The notes under the pieces are model-generated. The model saw only the letters and a program-made list of their open reading frames with translations. It was not told where the DNA came from and made no database searches. From Candidatus Thorarchaeota archaeon (GTDB lineage: Archaea > Asgardarchaeota > Thorarchaeia > Thorarchaeales > Thorarchaeaceae): 64,000 nt of DNA. This document shows, one piece after another, positions 1 through 9,578 of the stretch; position 1 is the stretch's first letter, and the number at the start of each line of letters is the position of its first letter. The translations under genes were made by a program, and so were the position numbers. The stretch is from contig DXJO01000028.1 of assembly GCA_019057475.1 (NCBI GenBank), positions 1-64,000 of the forward strand. The letters run 5' to 3'.

Positions 1-10
1 TATAGGGGAT

Positions 11-322
11 ATGTGCCAGGGTGCTGTCTTTGAGACTTCTCTTAAACGAGCAAAGGAGTTAAAGAGGGCCGGAGTGGTTGAGATAATGGAGAGGATCCCC
101 GAGCCGGATAGACTCCCGGAAATTATCAAATTAAGGGAGCAGGGGTTAACTTATCGAGCTATCGGAGAAAAACTTGACCTCTCAAAAGTAGCTGTCTATA
201 AGCGGTTGAGGAAAGAAGGTCTGGCCGGAAGGGGTAGCCTCGTTAATCAGATAAGAGGTCTCCGGGAGAGGGTCGGCAGACTGGAAAAAGAGGTTAAGAG
301 GCTGATAAATGATCAGGAATAA
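11..322 (+). CDS. Helix-turn-helix DNA-binding protein with C-terminal coiled coil
   Basis: IIKLREQGLTYRAIGEKLDLSKVAVYKRL is a Hin/sigma-r4-type HTH, followed by heptad IRGLRERVGRLEKEVKRL. True start could be ATG 86. Confidence 0.7.
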   Translation: MCQGAVFETSLKRAKELKRAGVVEIMERIPEPDRLPEIIKLREQGLTYRAIGEKLDLSKVAVYKRLRKEGLAGRGSLVNQIRGLRERVGRLEKEVKRLINDQE

Positions 323-482
323 CTTGGTTTTAATGCTAGAGATTCAATTAAGGAAAGGATTTGAGACATTTTTGTTCGTGAAAAAGGGGGATAATAAGGG
401 CCTAAAACGCCTCTTTCTCTGTTGGGAGTCGAGGATTGAGTAGTCTATTTTTCAATAATTGAGTAAAAGGGGGTGAAAAACA

Positions 483-938
483 ATGTCAAAGCGGTATCGT
501 AGTAGGGATAGTTACATATCGAAAGATCCGATCAAGAGGCAGCACTCCTTGGATAATCTTGTCCAGTATAGGGAAGGCAGGGCTGAAAGGGAGAGGGTCT
601 TGAGGGAGATAGGCTATTACATTGTTTGCCCTTACTGTAAAAGGTCGGTGGTGAGAAAGAACCTCAAGGCGATTGAGTCGCTTCTTCATTTCTCCAGGTG
701 CAGGGATTGTCAGCACTTTGAGAGGCTTCCTGAACCTAAAGATTTGATGTGGGATCACCAGGTTATAGAGATAGTCGCTCAATGCAAAGATGAGCTATAC
801 GGTGAGAAGCATAGGACTTTTTTCACAGAGGAGCAATTAGACAGGGATAATGCGTCTATCGTCAATGAGCTAGGCTGCACCTACTCGAAAGAGGAAAGAG
901 AGGAGTTAGTTTGTTGCTCGTTTGAGCCTAAGAAATGA
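483..938 (+). CDS. Hypothetical protein with CxxC...CxxC Zn-ribbon-like motif
   Basis: CPYC and CRDC motifs; SD GGGGGTGA upstream of ATG. Confidence 0.65.
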   Translation: MSKRYRSRDSYISKDPIKRQHSLDNLVQYREGRAERERVLREIGYYIVCPYCKRSVVRKNLKAIESLLHFSRCRDCQHFERLPEPKDLMWDHQVIEIVAQCKDELYGEKHRTFFTEEQLDRDNASIVNELGCTYSKEEREELVCCSFEPKK

Positions 939-1346
939 CTAGAAATGACCTGGTTTCGACTCAATAAATGCTAAGAAAAGCTAAGATTTTAACGGATAAT
1001 AACAGATATTTTCCGGAAAAAAGGAACTTGCTCTCGTGGGATTTGGCTCTGCGTTTGAGGCTGTCGTATGCTGACAAATGCTGATATTTGAGTTAACAAA
1101 AGTTAACTTTCTATGTTGAGAAAAGTTGAGATCTCAGGGGGGTAAATTTGAGGTCTAAGTCTTTGTTAAAATTAGGGTTTGGCCGGAGGAAACAGCCGAG
1201 TCCTCTTTTATTTGACCTGGAGGTAGGGGATAACTCAAGGGGGACTCCCCGAAGCCTTAAATGAGCCTTAAATGGCCTTATTCTCTGAAGATAGTTACTA
1301 GAGAGGAGATAAGAGATAATTATAAGATTAGGGAGTTTATGATTCT

Positions 1347-1375
1347 GGGTTACATAATCAGTTATTATCGGAACC
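1347..1375. other. XerCD dif-like recombination site 1 (7-bp spacer)
   Basis: GGGTTACATAA-TCAGTTA-TTATCGGAACC; arms resemble the reverse complement of E. coli dif (ATTTAACATAA-N6-TTATGCGCACC). Confidence 0.55.
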
Positions 1376-1540
1376 AAGAATTTGAGTAGAAATAGAGGGT
1401 TGAAAGACAGTTATAATAAGGGTTTTAATGATTAAAGTTAGGCTCTTATCCTGGGTATCTATAAGGATCTTGGCTATCCTCTCATTATCGGCTGTAATAT
1501 GGTATAGACAGGGAATAGCTCAATTTAGGGTAGGTAGTTT

Positions 1541-1568
1541 GGTTAACATAATGTCTCTTATCGGAACA
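1541..1568. other. XerCD dif-like recombination site 2 (28 bp, 6-bp spacer)
   Basis: GGTTAACATAA-TGTCTC-TTATCGGAACA, canonical 11-6-11 layout; XerD arm TTATGTTAA is identical to the dif consensus on the minus strand. Confidence 0.7.
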
Positions 1569-1569
1569 T

Positions 1570-1635
1570 ATCGTATTAGGTCTTGACAAATAATAATACG
1601 ATGTTATAATGAGATAGAGAAATGAGAGAGGAGGT
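1570..1635 (+). promoter_or_regulatory. Bacterial sigma70-type promoter with overlapping inverted repeat and SD
   Basis: TTGACA 1583-1588, 16-nt spacer, TGn-TATAAT 1602-1610. Inverted repeat ATCGTATTA (1570-1578)/TAATACGAT (1594-1602). GGAGGT 1630-1635. Confidence 0.7.
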
Positions 1636-1642
1636 CTTAATA

Positions 1643-1825
1643 ATGGGAAAGCTGTTATCAGTCAAAGAGGTCGCTGGTATCCTGGGACTCCACGAGGCAG
1701 TTATCCGGCGTTATATTCGGAGTGGAGTCTTGTCTGCTGTTAGACTAGAGGGAGCATATCGGATTGATGAGAAAGACTTAAATAACTGGCTGGAAAAGAG
1801 AAAGACAGGCCAGGGAGAGAAATAA
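1643..1825 (+). CDS. Excisionase-family (HTH_17, MerR-like) DNA-binding protein
   Basis: LLSVKEVAGILGLHEAVIRRYIRSGVLSAVRLEGAYRIDEKDLNNWLE; start chosen at ATG 1643 from SD spacing. Confidence 0.85.
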   Translation: MGKLLSVKEVAGILGLHEAVIRRYIRSGVLSAVRLEGAYRIDEKDLNNWLEKRKTGQGEK

Positions 1826-1888
1826 AAATAAAAAGGGGGAGGCCCTTAACCGCTAGGCAAAGGAAAACCTCCCCGAAGGGAGTCAACG

Positions 1889-2272
1889 ATGAAGTATTCC
1901 CCCTTCGTGCAAGAAGGTAGCAAAGAGGGAGAAAAGGTCAAGGACTGGGATACAATTATCCATATCCAGAAAGAAAAAAAGGAGAGATTCTCGGAGGACC
2001 TGAACAGGACTCTCAACGAATTGTTTGACCTCAACCTAGGCCAGAATAGAGCGAAGCGAGTCGGAGAGAAACGGGAAGCAAACGAAAAATACAATCTCAA
2101 ATACCAGGAGCTAAAGGGTCTTATCCGAGGGGTAATGAAAAGCCCGGGAATAGGGATCAAGGTCTATGATAAATTGAGCCGGTTATTTACCCAGGTACTG
2201 AAGCACCGGGCCAGCGTCCAGTATTTAGTGTTGAACGGTATTGTGGAGAAGGTAGAGAATGAAAGTCGCTAA
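1889..2272 (+). CDS. Hypothetical protein
   Basis: 127-aa ORF with GGGAG SD; overlaps the next gene. Confidence 0.55.
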   Translation: MKYSPFVQEGSKEGEKVKDWDTIIHIQKEKKERFSEDLNRTLNELFDLNLGQNRAKRVGEKREANEKYNLKYQELKGLIRGVMKSPGIGIKVYDKLSRLFTQVLKHRASVQYLVLNGIVEKVENESR

Positions 2273-2492
2273 GAAGCAAGAAGAAATCGGAAGGGTTAAG
2301 CTCTCAGACTCTCAGGAGCTTGTTGTTTCAGTAGTGGATGATGAGAGGCTGGATCTTAGGCTTTGGGTCAAGACGGACAGCTATACCGGGCCTACCAAGA
2401 GGGGAGTAAGGTTTTATCTGTTCGACGAGATATGGGAGCGTTTTAAGGGTCTTATGGAGAAGGTTGATAAGGTCTATAATGACCTTGCCTAG
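2259..2492 (+). CDS. PC4/p15 (YdbC-like) ssDNA-binding protein
   Basis: LDLRLW...GPTKRGVRF matches the PC4 signature DIRxW...PTKKGIxL; 77 aa. Confidence 0.7.
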   Translation: MKVAKKQEEIGRVKLSDSQELVVSVVDDERLDLRLWVKTDSYTGPTKRGVRFYLFDEIWERFKGLMEKVDKVYNDLA

Positions 2493-2625
2493 AGGATTTA
2501 AGAGAACTGGGATTTTCCTAGTTCGTTCTATCCGGGGGGGTTCTGGATCTCCTGGTCTTTCCTCCCCGGGTAGAGAATAGCTATTAGGCTCGGGGTTACT
2601 CCCTGGCCCCGGGCCAACCAGGGAG

Positions 2626-2797
2626 ATGATAAGGGTGGAGGAAATCAAGAGACTAGAGGACTTTGAGAGGACTAGAGGAAAGCTGAGGCTGCCTGCCGAT
2701 ACGAAGCCTTGTATTGTTAAACTGCTGGAAGATCCCTCCGTGAGAGAGGCCGATAATGCCTTTGTAGTTGCGGTAGAGTTGCATAGGGTCGGGAGGA
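2626..2797 (+). pseudogene. 5' fragment of a primase/Rep-like protein, truncated at the junction
   Basis: PCIVKLLE...NAFVVAVELHRVG resembles PriCT-1/PriL-type helical motifs; the last residues of ORF 2626..2826 read into unrelated DNA. Confidence 0.4.
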
Positions 2798-2798
2798 C

Positions 2799-2903
2799 GA
2801 ACGTATCTGGAGAACTTATGCTCTGATTGTGTTCTTCTTGCTGATTGCGGCGCTAATCGAATCCTTTGTCACTCCACTTGTTGTAATGATGGTCGGTGGA
2901 TAA
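2799..2903 (+). pseudogene. 3' fragment of a SpoIIM-family membrane protein
   Basis: Frame 2799 reads ERIWRTYALIVFFLLIAALIESFVTPLVVMMVGG*; LLIAALIESFVTP is the typical SpoIIM C-terminus. No start codon; in-frame TAG at 2784. Confidence 0.7.
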
Positions 2904-2952
2904 AGGCGGAGTACGGATTTGGTTAAGGCTACAGAACCTATCTTCGACCGCC

Positions 2953-3027
2953 ATGATACTGGCAGGCATAGGTTTGGCCATGATTGTGATACTGGTCATG
3001 GTGTTCCAGAGAAAGCGGCGCATGTAG
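2953..3027 (+). pseudogene. Orphan TM-anchor peptide (hydrophobic helix + basic tail)
   Basis: MILAGIGLAMIVILVMVFQRKRRM*, similar to C-termini of surface proteins in this window. Confidence 0.35.
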
Positions 3028-3162
3028 TTGATGAAAACGGGCCAAGTGCTCGATCTCCTCTCCTTTTTTGAAAGCCTTCTATCGACTCCGCGAGAAACGG
3101 ATGCACCCCCTCTAGTATAATTCTCCGCAGGCTCGCATTTCATATATCCACAAATATCTTAT

Positions 3163-3192
3163 ATTCATAAATATGAATTACTCTTAATATAT
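3163..3192 (+). promoter_or_regulatory. Palindrome plus TATA-like box upstream of the giant surface protein gene
   Basis: ATTCATA-AA-TATGAAT 3163-3178, then TTAATATA 3185-3192. Confidence 0.4.
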
Positions 3193-3297
3193 CCTATCAA
3201 CACGCGCCGCGGATACGAGTTGGTATAATGGAGTTTGCTAATCGCGAGGCATGACTCCGACCTTGTTCAATCCACGGTGCGGAAGGGGACAGAACAA

Positions 3298-6200
3298 ATG
3301 CAACGGAATCAAACAAAACGCACGCTTATTTCTCTAGTTGCTATTGCGGTTTTTCTATTCTCAATGGTCTATGCAAGCAGCAATGCTACATTGCCCATTC
3401 ATCCAGTGAGTGACTCTGTTCTTGAGTTCACTTATGCACAGGATCCAGATCCGCAATATGAGCCTGAAGCAGGTACTCACGTCTGGTGGGACCAAAACAG
3501 CAACAGCACTAGCGATGAGTGGTCATGGGATCACAGAAACTGGCTATTCGGGCCGAGTCCTACGTTCGAGGTCTTCCACGAAGACGGCTCTCTGCTGACT
3601 GGAGATAGCTACGCAGAAATCGGTGAGGTCATACACTTCGTGGTGACTGTACCCAAGAATGTGTTCACTGAAGACGCAGATCTAGGACGTGTCAGCGTTC
3701 ATGGTTGGTACACGACCGCGGACTGGAACTTCACTGCAAATTTCAACATGGACTTTGACGCTAACCCCTACGCCTTCGACCGGTGGATGGCTGGAAGCTG
3801 GCAATACAACTCCACAGAGGAGTTTGGTCCGCCACAACCCAGCTTCTTGAACATAACTCCTGAACAGTGCTCAAACACAAGTGACGCTAGCAACTACTAT
3901 ATCGACTTCGCAGTATCATTCACTGGCGATGCACCTCAGGGTCTCTACCAGATTGATATGTCCGTGGAGGACACCAACGGGAACTGGATAGGTTCATACA
4001 ATTATGGTTCCGGCTGGGATTTCAAGGGCATAGCCGTCGGAATGCATGCCGACCTTGCATGGGCACACTCGTTCGGAGGGGGCTACACCCTTCAGAAGAT
4101 TGACCTGGAGGGCGACCCGCTCTATTCCGTGAGCAGAGGCATGGATTTCATCATGCGATTCAACATCAGTGGAGATGAGCCTGAATTTGTACGTCTGAGG
4201 TTCCATATCCCAAGTGGGATTGACGTGTGGGTCAACGAAACTGGCTGGCATGACGAACTTGTCACCAGCAACGGAGGGTGGCAGTTCGATGAGGTTCTTG
4301 AAACATACGTCTGGAATGACACAATCGAGGTTACGACCCTCGAACAAGTCTACGGCGAGTATCAACGACGTGAATGGGTCAACATTGGCACGAGCGAAGA
4401 GATCAATGTGACTCGACTCTGGGACTACTGGGACGACGAAATCGAGGAATGGGTCTACGAGATTGTGAACGAAACTTGGTGGATTGAGAAGGAGTTCATC
4501 TTTGAGTACAACGGAACTCACTTCGAAACTTACTATGGTTACACATACTGGGGCTACCCGTATGAGGAGTATATCCCTGGTACTTGGAATGAGGAGATAA
4601 CTGTCCTCGAACCAATCCCCGAAGATATGCCCATCTTTTACGAGCTCAACACTTCACAATGTTCTGCAGCAACAATCGGTCCTGAGTTTGTGGTCGAATT
4701 CATTGGTCACTTCACAGACGAAATGCCTGTTAGCAACATGTATCAGAATTTCATGTTTCAAGACGAGGTAATGGGGCCTGATAACTATCAATACTGGCCG
4801 GCTACTCATGGTGAGTATCCAAAGCAGACTCAGAGCGAGTACGAGATGGCGAAACAGATTGCTATCGAAACCCCTGTGACCATTGCCAAGCTACTCAGGG
4901 CTGATGGAACAGAACCCACTGGCTGGATGTTCCAGATTGACAAGGGCGACGACTTCATGATTAGCGGCAGGCTTCAAGGTGGCGGTTCAGTGGCTGACGA
5001 TATAGATGCCTCGCAGCTCGCTCTTAACGCGTACAGTGGTTACTGGACTGAGGATGAGTGGGGCTGGTCTGAGCTCACCTACGAAGTTTCTATTGATATG
5101 GACGGCATTCCAACATTTAGAGCATTCAACAGGACTGAGAAGAATAACTACACCCACGGTGTTTATGAGGACTGGATCCTTACCAACAGCACTGGCTGGT
5201 TCTATGCCTACAACGAAACCACTGGCATGTGGGATTGGGCATATGGCAATTACACGGATTGGCAATGGGTCGAGGTCGAAGGTTGGCACTGGGCTTGGTG
5301 GTATTACAACCATCTCACTGGTGAATGGCAAGAGAAGTACATTCCACACAGAAGTGCTGAAACTGTGATTCCTGCAGACTTCTGCACTATCAGTGGCTTC
5401 ACGTCATTGGTAGATGAAGGGGACCTTTATGTCACGTTCCTTGTCAACATGACCGAGAGCGTGCCTGACACCAACTATTGGTGGGAATTCGCTTTCATGA
5501 ACAACACTTGGTATCAGGACTACTCCAGCGAGTACGGCGAGCATGAGGTCCTGAGCTGGGAGCGCGAGTGGGTCTATAGCTTTGACTACCTTGGCGACAA
5601 GGTCTACATGGAACCATTTGTCAAGAATCAGCTCGTATACCAGTTCACCAACGGTTCACTCAGCTCCGATTACATGATTGGATTTGAGAGTCCCTATATT
5701 GTTCTTGGTGACGAGGAACTGCCCATCAAGGTCCGAGAGAACTACGATCCATGGTCGAGTACTACCTGGACTGAGATGTTCTTCTATGATCACTGGGATC
5801 CTGGGACTGGCAATGACTACTACTACTATGAGTTGCTGAATGATACGAAGATCTTGGTCACATACACCGATACGGTATACATCTACAATGTAACAACCAC
5901 CACAGGCGATTCATTCCTCACAGCCATGGAGTGGGATTGGGGCTACCAATCCTATGGAACTCACCACGACTACTGGGTTGACCTGAATGGGTCCGTGCAT
6001 CAAGGTGGAATAGAGTATCAGAGATGGAACCTTCTTGACTTCGAGTTCCACGACAAGGTCGAGATCTCATATCATGATGAGGGTTGGTTCGTCCGATACG
6101 GCCCTACTGACAACATAATGCTGATCAGTAACTTTTGGTGGGAGAGCCTGGATAACACCTACTACATGACTAGCTTGGACGGCAATCTCTACCAAGTAAT

Positions 6201-9108
6201 CTACAACGAGATGTATGGGCACAATGAGGCCTTCATCGACGGATTTTGGCAGGCAGTGGGTTGGTTTGAGCATTACTACACAGCTGAATATGACGGTCAT
6301 GATGTGATGCTTGTCACGCATAACACGCATCGCAGCTGGTATCATGAGAATGGTGCCGAGCTGGAGATGCCATACCCAGGTGCAAACGCTGAGTGGCACG
6401 ACGAGCTGAACAGGATTCAGAGTGATGGCGGAAAGGTACCAACTACCAAGTCACTTGTCTACGACGGCGTAACCTATCCAGTGTACAACACCACAGTGGA
6501 TGACTGCTATGTTGACATTGAAGGCACAACGTACTCCATCAACCACACACTCATGTTCCACACTGTGGCAAATGGCACCGATATCTGGTTGGAGGACTCG
6601 ACACCCGTCGGCTATCAGGCTGACGTCGGCACATTCGACAACAGTCTTGCATTCACCAATGTGGAACCCGTTCAGTACAACACTGACGATATGTGGGGTT
6701 GGCCACGCATGGACTGGGATAATGGCTACTACGTAGTCGATCTGTTCAACGGCACTACCTGGATTGCCAACTACACGAATGTCATGCTCCTATTCAAGTA
6801 TGATCTCGAAGGTGAGATCTTCTACTCTATGCAGGAGTGGCCATACTGGCACGAGCTGGGCAACGAGTCATGGTACTCGTACGTTGCCATCAACGGTACA
6901 GAGATTGAGGTACTAAGCCCAGATCCTCTTCCAAAGATGGCCTCCCATCTAGTATACACCTACTTCAATGGAAGCCATGATGTCTACGACTTCATGAGTG
7001 GGACTTATGCCATCCATTCGTGGGGCCCTTCGATTTGGGCGTTCAAGATACACAACGCTACATACAGCGGCGACCTGTTCTTGAACATGCAAGGTGGTGG
7101 CAGGGAGCTCTATGTCTTTGACTACCTTGGCACTCCTGTGTTGGCAACCCCGTCCTATGAGAGCATCCACAGATATCGTTTGAGGTGGGGTCACGCCCTG
7201 ATCTACGGGCCTACACCTATCGAGAGCTCGGTGCACAGGAACTTCTACGATCTTGTCATCGGAGTCCCCGAGTGGGGCATGTGGGGCATGCAGAATTGGG
7301 CGACCAACCCGGACAACGGGGCACTCGACCTAGATGGCAACCTCGACACCACTGATGACCAATACTTCGTACAAGAGGAGTATTCATCGATTGACAGCTG
7401 GACACACACCTGGGAAGCCCTATGGACCAACATCAACTGGGATCCCAACGCAACAGCGTGGGGCGATGAAATGAATATCCACTCTTGGATGGGTGTTGAT
7501 TCATTCACATGGACCTACGAGTGGAGTCAGTCCTTCGATTGGTACTTTGCCGGCAACATGAGCGCTTTGACTACTGGTCAAATGGATGCTGTGAGGGACA
7601 TTCTTCTGACGGAGGATGAAGAACCTCGACCAGGTTACTGGGACATCGCTTGGATGGCTCGAGACGTCACCTGGGAGGACATACTCGCAGATGCTGAGGC
7701 GAACGGTTGGGACTGGATAACCTCAAACGAGCAGACCTGGACTTGGCTTAGCTTCGGTGTTGGTCAGAACTATGGAACTACCGTACTGCAGGATGAAGTA
7801 GAGCACTGGCTTAACATTGGCATGCACTATGAGTTCAGCGGCCTTATGATCTGGGAAGACCTCAATGACGATGGTACGATGGGTGTTGACCTTTTCGATC
7901 CATCAGGCAGCGAACTTTCTCACTATTTGATGCCGGACTCTGTGGACAGCGTGTCCTTTGTCACTCCAGGCATGGCCTTTGGTGATTCCAACTCATCTGG
8001 ATGGATGAGTGTTGATATCACTGATGAAGTGACCTGGGGCGTGACGTTCCTTGGTGTCAACGGAACTGCCTTCCCATTCACCGAATGGGGATACTGGGGT
8101 TGGTACGATGGTGTCAATACTGGCTCGGACATGAGGACATTCGATGAGCGCCCGACTAAGGTGCGAATCGATGAGCTCTCATTCCTTGTGCACTTCCAAG
8201 GATACATCGATGAATCTGGTGAAACGTTGAATAACTACGCAGAAGTTAAGGTGGACAACTACGTCGGCAACTGGGATGTCGATATGATTGGCGGTCGCAG
8301 CAATCTCGAGAACAAGTCACTTGCGTTGAACTACTTCGCTGATGTAAACGTGCAGGACTTCGCTTTCAAGGCGAACGGCAATTTCATGTCTGGTGAGGAA
8401 ACAGTAAGCGCTGATACCTTTGCGTTTGAAACTGCTGGAGTCCAATTTGCTGAGATGATCATGGGTGGTGTCACCTATGACTGGAGCAAGAACACATCTG
8501 CTCCGTACGACGTCTTGAGCTACACTACGCCAGTAGGTACATTCCGTGCGGCCTTTGAGTCTGATAGTGGCCAGTCCGCTACTGCTTGGAGCTTCAGCTC
8601 CACCATGTTCTACGTGACCATAGGCTTCCCAGAATGGGACGGTTACAGCGTATATCAAGACCCGGTCTTCGTTAGTTACATCTCTGCGCACGGCACGGAG
8701 AGTGTTCCTGGAAAAGTCGAGTTTGGCGCTTTCAGCATCGGTCCAACGATCCCACACGCCACTGACACTGTGCAAGTGGGGGTTGATATCTACGCTGACG
8801 TGCAGGTGAACAGCGCTGACCTACTCTACGGCACAGATGGAGGGAACCTTGACCAATCGACCCCGATGTGGCAGGAAACTGACACCAGATGGGTTGGCAA
8901 CATCCCACCATACGACGATGGTGTGCAGGTCTTCTACAAGATGGTCGTGCACACTGACTACGGTGACTTTGAGTCACCATTAGGCTCCTACATCGTTGGA
9001 CAAGGCATTGTGGGTCCAGATGGTGGACTCGATATGATAGTCCTCCTTGGAGGATTTGCAGTCCTTGTGATTCTTGTTGTTGTTCTGGCAAGAAGACGGC
9101 GACGATAG
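3298..9108 (+). CDS. Giant Trp/Tyr/acidic-rich secreted, C-terminally anchored cell-surface glycoprotein
   Basis: Signal peptide (KRTLISLVAIAVFLFSMVYASS), many N-x-S/T sequons, DxDG-like motifs (DLDGNLD, DLNDDG), terminal TM + RRRR. Start ATG 3298 preferred over TTG 3235. Confidence 0.9.
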   Translation: MQRNQTKRTLISLVAIAVFLFSMVYASSNATLPIHPVSDSVLEFTYAQDPDPQYEPEAGTHVWWDQNSNSTSDEWSWDHRNWLFGPSPTFEVFHEDGSLLTGDSYAEIGEVIHFVVTVPKNVFTEDADLGRVSVHGWYTTADWNFTANFNMDFDANPYAFDRWMAGSWQYNSTEEFGPPQPSFLNITPEQCSNTSDASNYYIDFAVSFTGDAPQGLYQIDMSVEDTNGNWIGSYNYGSGWDFKGIAVGMHADLAWAHSFGGGYTLQKIDLEGDPLYSVSRGMDFIMRFNISGDEPEFVRLRFHIPSGIDVWVNETGWHDELVTSNGGWQFDEVLETYVWNDTIEVTTLEQVYGEYQRREWVNIGTSEEINVTRLWDYWDDEIEEWVYEIVNETWWIEKEFIFEYNGTHFETYYGYTYWGYPYEEYIPGTWNEEITVLEPIPEDMPIFYELNTSQCSAATIGPEFVVEFIGHFTDEMPVSNMYQNFMFQDEVMGPDNYQYWPATHGEYPKQTQSEYEMAKQIAIETPVTIAKLLRADGTEPTGWMFQIDKGDDFMISGRLQGGGSVADDIDASQLALNAYSGYWTEDEWGWSELTYEVSIDMDGIPTFRAFNRTEKNNYTHGVYEDWILTNSTGWFYAYNETTGMWDWAYGNYTDWQWVEVEGWHWAWWYYNHLTGEWQEKYIPHRSAETVIPADFCTISGFTSLVDEGDLYVTFLVNMTESVPDTNYWWEFAFMNNTWYQDYSSEYGEHEVLSWEREWVYSFDYLGDKVYMEPFVKNQLVYQFTNGSLSSDYMIGFESPYIVLGDEELPIKVRENYDPWSSTTWTEMFFYDHWDPGTGNDYYYYELLNDTKILVTYTDTVYIYNVTTTTGDSFLTAMEWDWGYQSYGTHHDYWVDLNGSVHQGGIEYQRWNLLDFEFHDKVEISYHDEGWFVRYGPTDNIMLISNFWWESLDNTYYMTSLDGNLYQVIYNEMYGHNEAFIDGFWQAVGWFEHYYTAEYDGHDVMLVTHNTHRSWYHENGAELEMPYPGANAEWHDELNRIQSDGGKVPTTKSLVYDGVTYPVYNTTVDDCYVDIEGTTYSINHTLMFHTVANGTDIWLEDSTPVGYQADVGTFDNSLAFTNVEPVQYNTDDMWGWPRMDWDNGYYVVDLFNGTTWIANYTNVMLLFKYDLEGEIFYSMQEWPYWHELGNESWYSYVAINGTEIEVLSPDPLPKMASHLVYTYFNGSHDVYDFMSGTYAIHSWGPSIWAFKIHNATYSGDLFLNMQGGGRELYVFDYLGTPVLATPSYESIHRYRLRWGHALIYGPTPIESSVHRNFYDLVIGVPEWGMWGMQNWATNPDNGALDLDGNLDTTDDQYFVQEEYSSIDSWTHTWEALWTNINWDPNATAWGDEMNIHSWMGVDSFTWTYEWSQSFDWYFAGNMSALTTGQMDAVRDILLTEDEEPRPGYWDIAWMARDVTWEDILADAEANGWDWITSNEQTWTWLSFGVGQNYGTTVLQDEVEHWLNIGMHYEFSGLMIWEDLNDDGTMGVDLFDPSGSELSHYLMPDSVDSVSFVTPGMAFGDSNSSGWMSVDITDEVTWGVTFLGVNGTAFPFTEWGYWGWYDGVNTGSDMRTFDERPTKVRIDELSFLVHFQGYIDESGETLNNYAEVKVDNYVGNWDVDMIGGRSNLENKSLALNYFADVNVQDFAFKANGNFMSGEETVSADTFAFETAGVQFAEMIMGGVTYDWSKNTSAPYDVLSYTTPVGTFRAAFESDSGQSATAWSFSSTMFYVTIGFPEWDGYSVYQDPVFVSYISAHGTESVPGKVEFGAFSIGPTIPHATDTVQVGVDIYADVQVNSADLLYGTDGGNLDQSTPMWQETDTRWVGNIPPYDDGVQVFYKMVVHTDYGDFESPLGSYIVGQGIVGPDGGLDMIVLLGGFAVLVILVVVLARRRRR

Positions 9109-9114
9109 GATATA

Positions 9115-9152
9115 GAAGAGGGGCAGATTCCCCTCTTCGCCCTTTTTTCTTT
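9115..9152 (+). terminator. Hairpin + T-tract terminator
   Basis: GAAGAGGGG-CAGATT-CCCCTCTTC, then TTTTTTCTTT. Confidence 0.7.
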
Positions 9153-9170
9153 CTTATTAGATTGATGAAT

Positions 9171-9578
9171 CTACTCGATGTCGAGTGCTGGTGCTAGTTT
9201 TGTTCTCCAGAACTTGATTCCGGCTATGTGAGCAGCATACGTTGAGCTGAATGCATCATAAGAGATGCCAATCACAGGGATTACGCTTCTTGTCATCAGA
9301 CAGTTCTTCTTATCGATTCCGAAATTCACTTCAACAAGCGACGCATTAGCCTTCAGTAGTTTCTCGTAGACGTGGTTTCTTTCCTTCTTGGAAATGCTCG
9401 AGAGATCCATTAGCCTGGTGGTAAGAGTTATCCAATTCTTACCTGGGAATACCTCTATCTCCTTTGTTTCAGTGAGCGTATACGGATGGAGGCTGAAGGT
9501 CTTTCGACCATGCTCCTCAAAGCTGACCTCCATTCGCTTCAGGTATTCCTTGGCAATGAACCAGGTTGTGCTCATCAT
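9171..9578 (-). CDS. YbjN/CesT-like (type III chaperone fold) protein
   Basis: 135 aa; beta-strand run followed by VYEKLLKANASLVEVNFGIDKK, typical of the YbjN family. Confidence 0.65.
   Translation of the reverse strand: MMSTTWFIAKEYLKRMEVSFEEHGRKTFSLHPYTLTETKEIEVFPGKNWITLTTRLMDLSSISKKERNHVYEKLLKANASLVEVNFGIDKKNCLMTRSVIPVIGISYDAFSSTYAAHIAGIKFWRTKLAPALDIE

Larger units (their letters stand above)
1..2797. mobile_element. Fragment of a small plasmid-, phage-satellite- or IMEX-like element with bacterial-style signals; both ends incomplete
   Basis: Cluster of small + strand ORFs (HTH, Zn-ribbon, excisionase HTH, PC4-like SSB, primase-like), two dif-like sites and a TTGACA/TATAAT promoter. Abrupt ORF break at ~2797. 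No integrase or complete rep gene visible. Confidence 0.6.

Noticed and set aside
1091-1282. Iterons or replication origin (AGTTAAC-AAAA-GTTAACT palindrome, GCCTTAAATG repeats)
   Set aside because: Too short and too few to call an origin.
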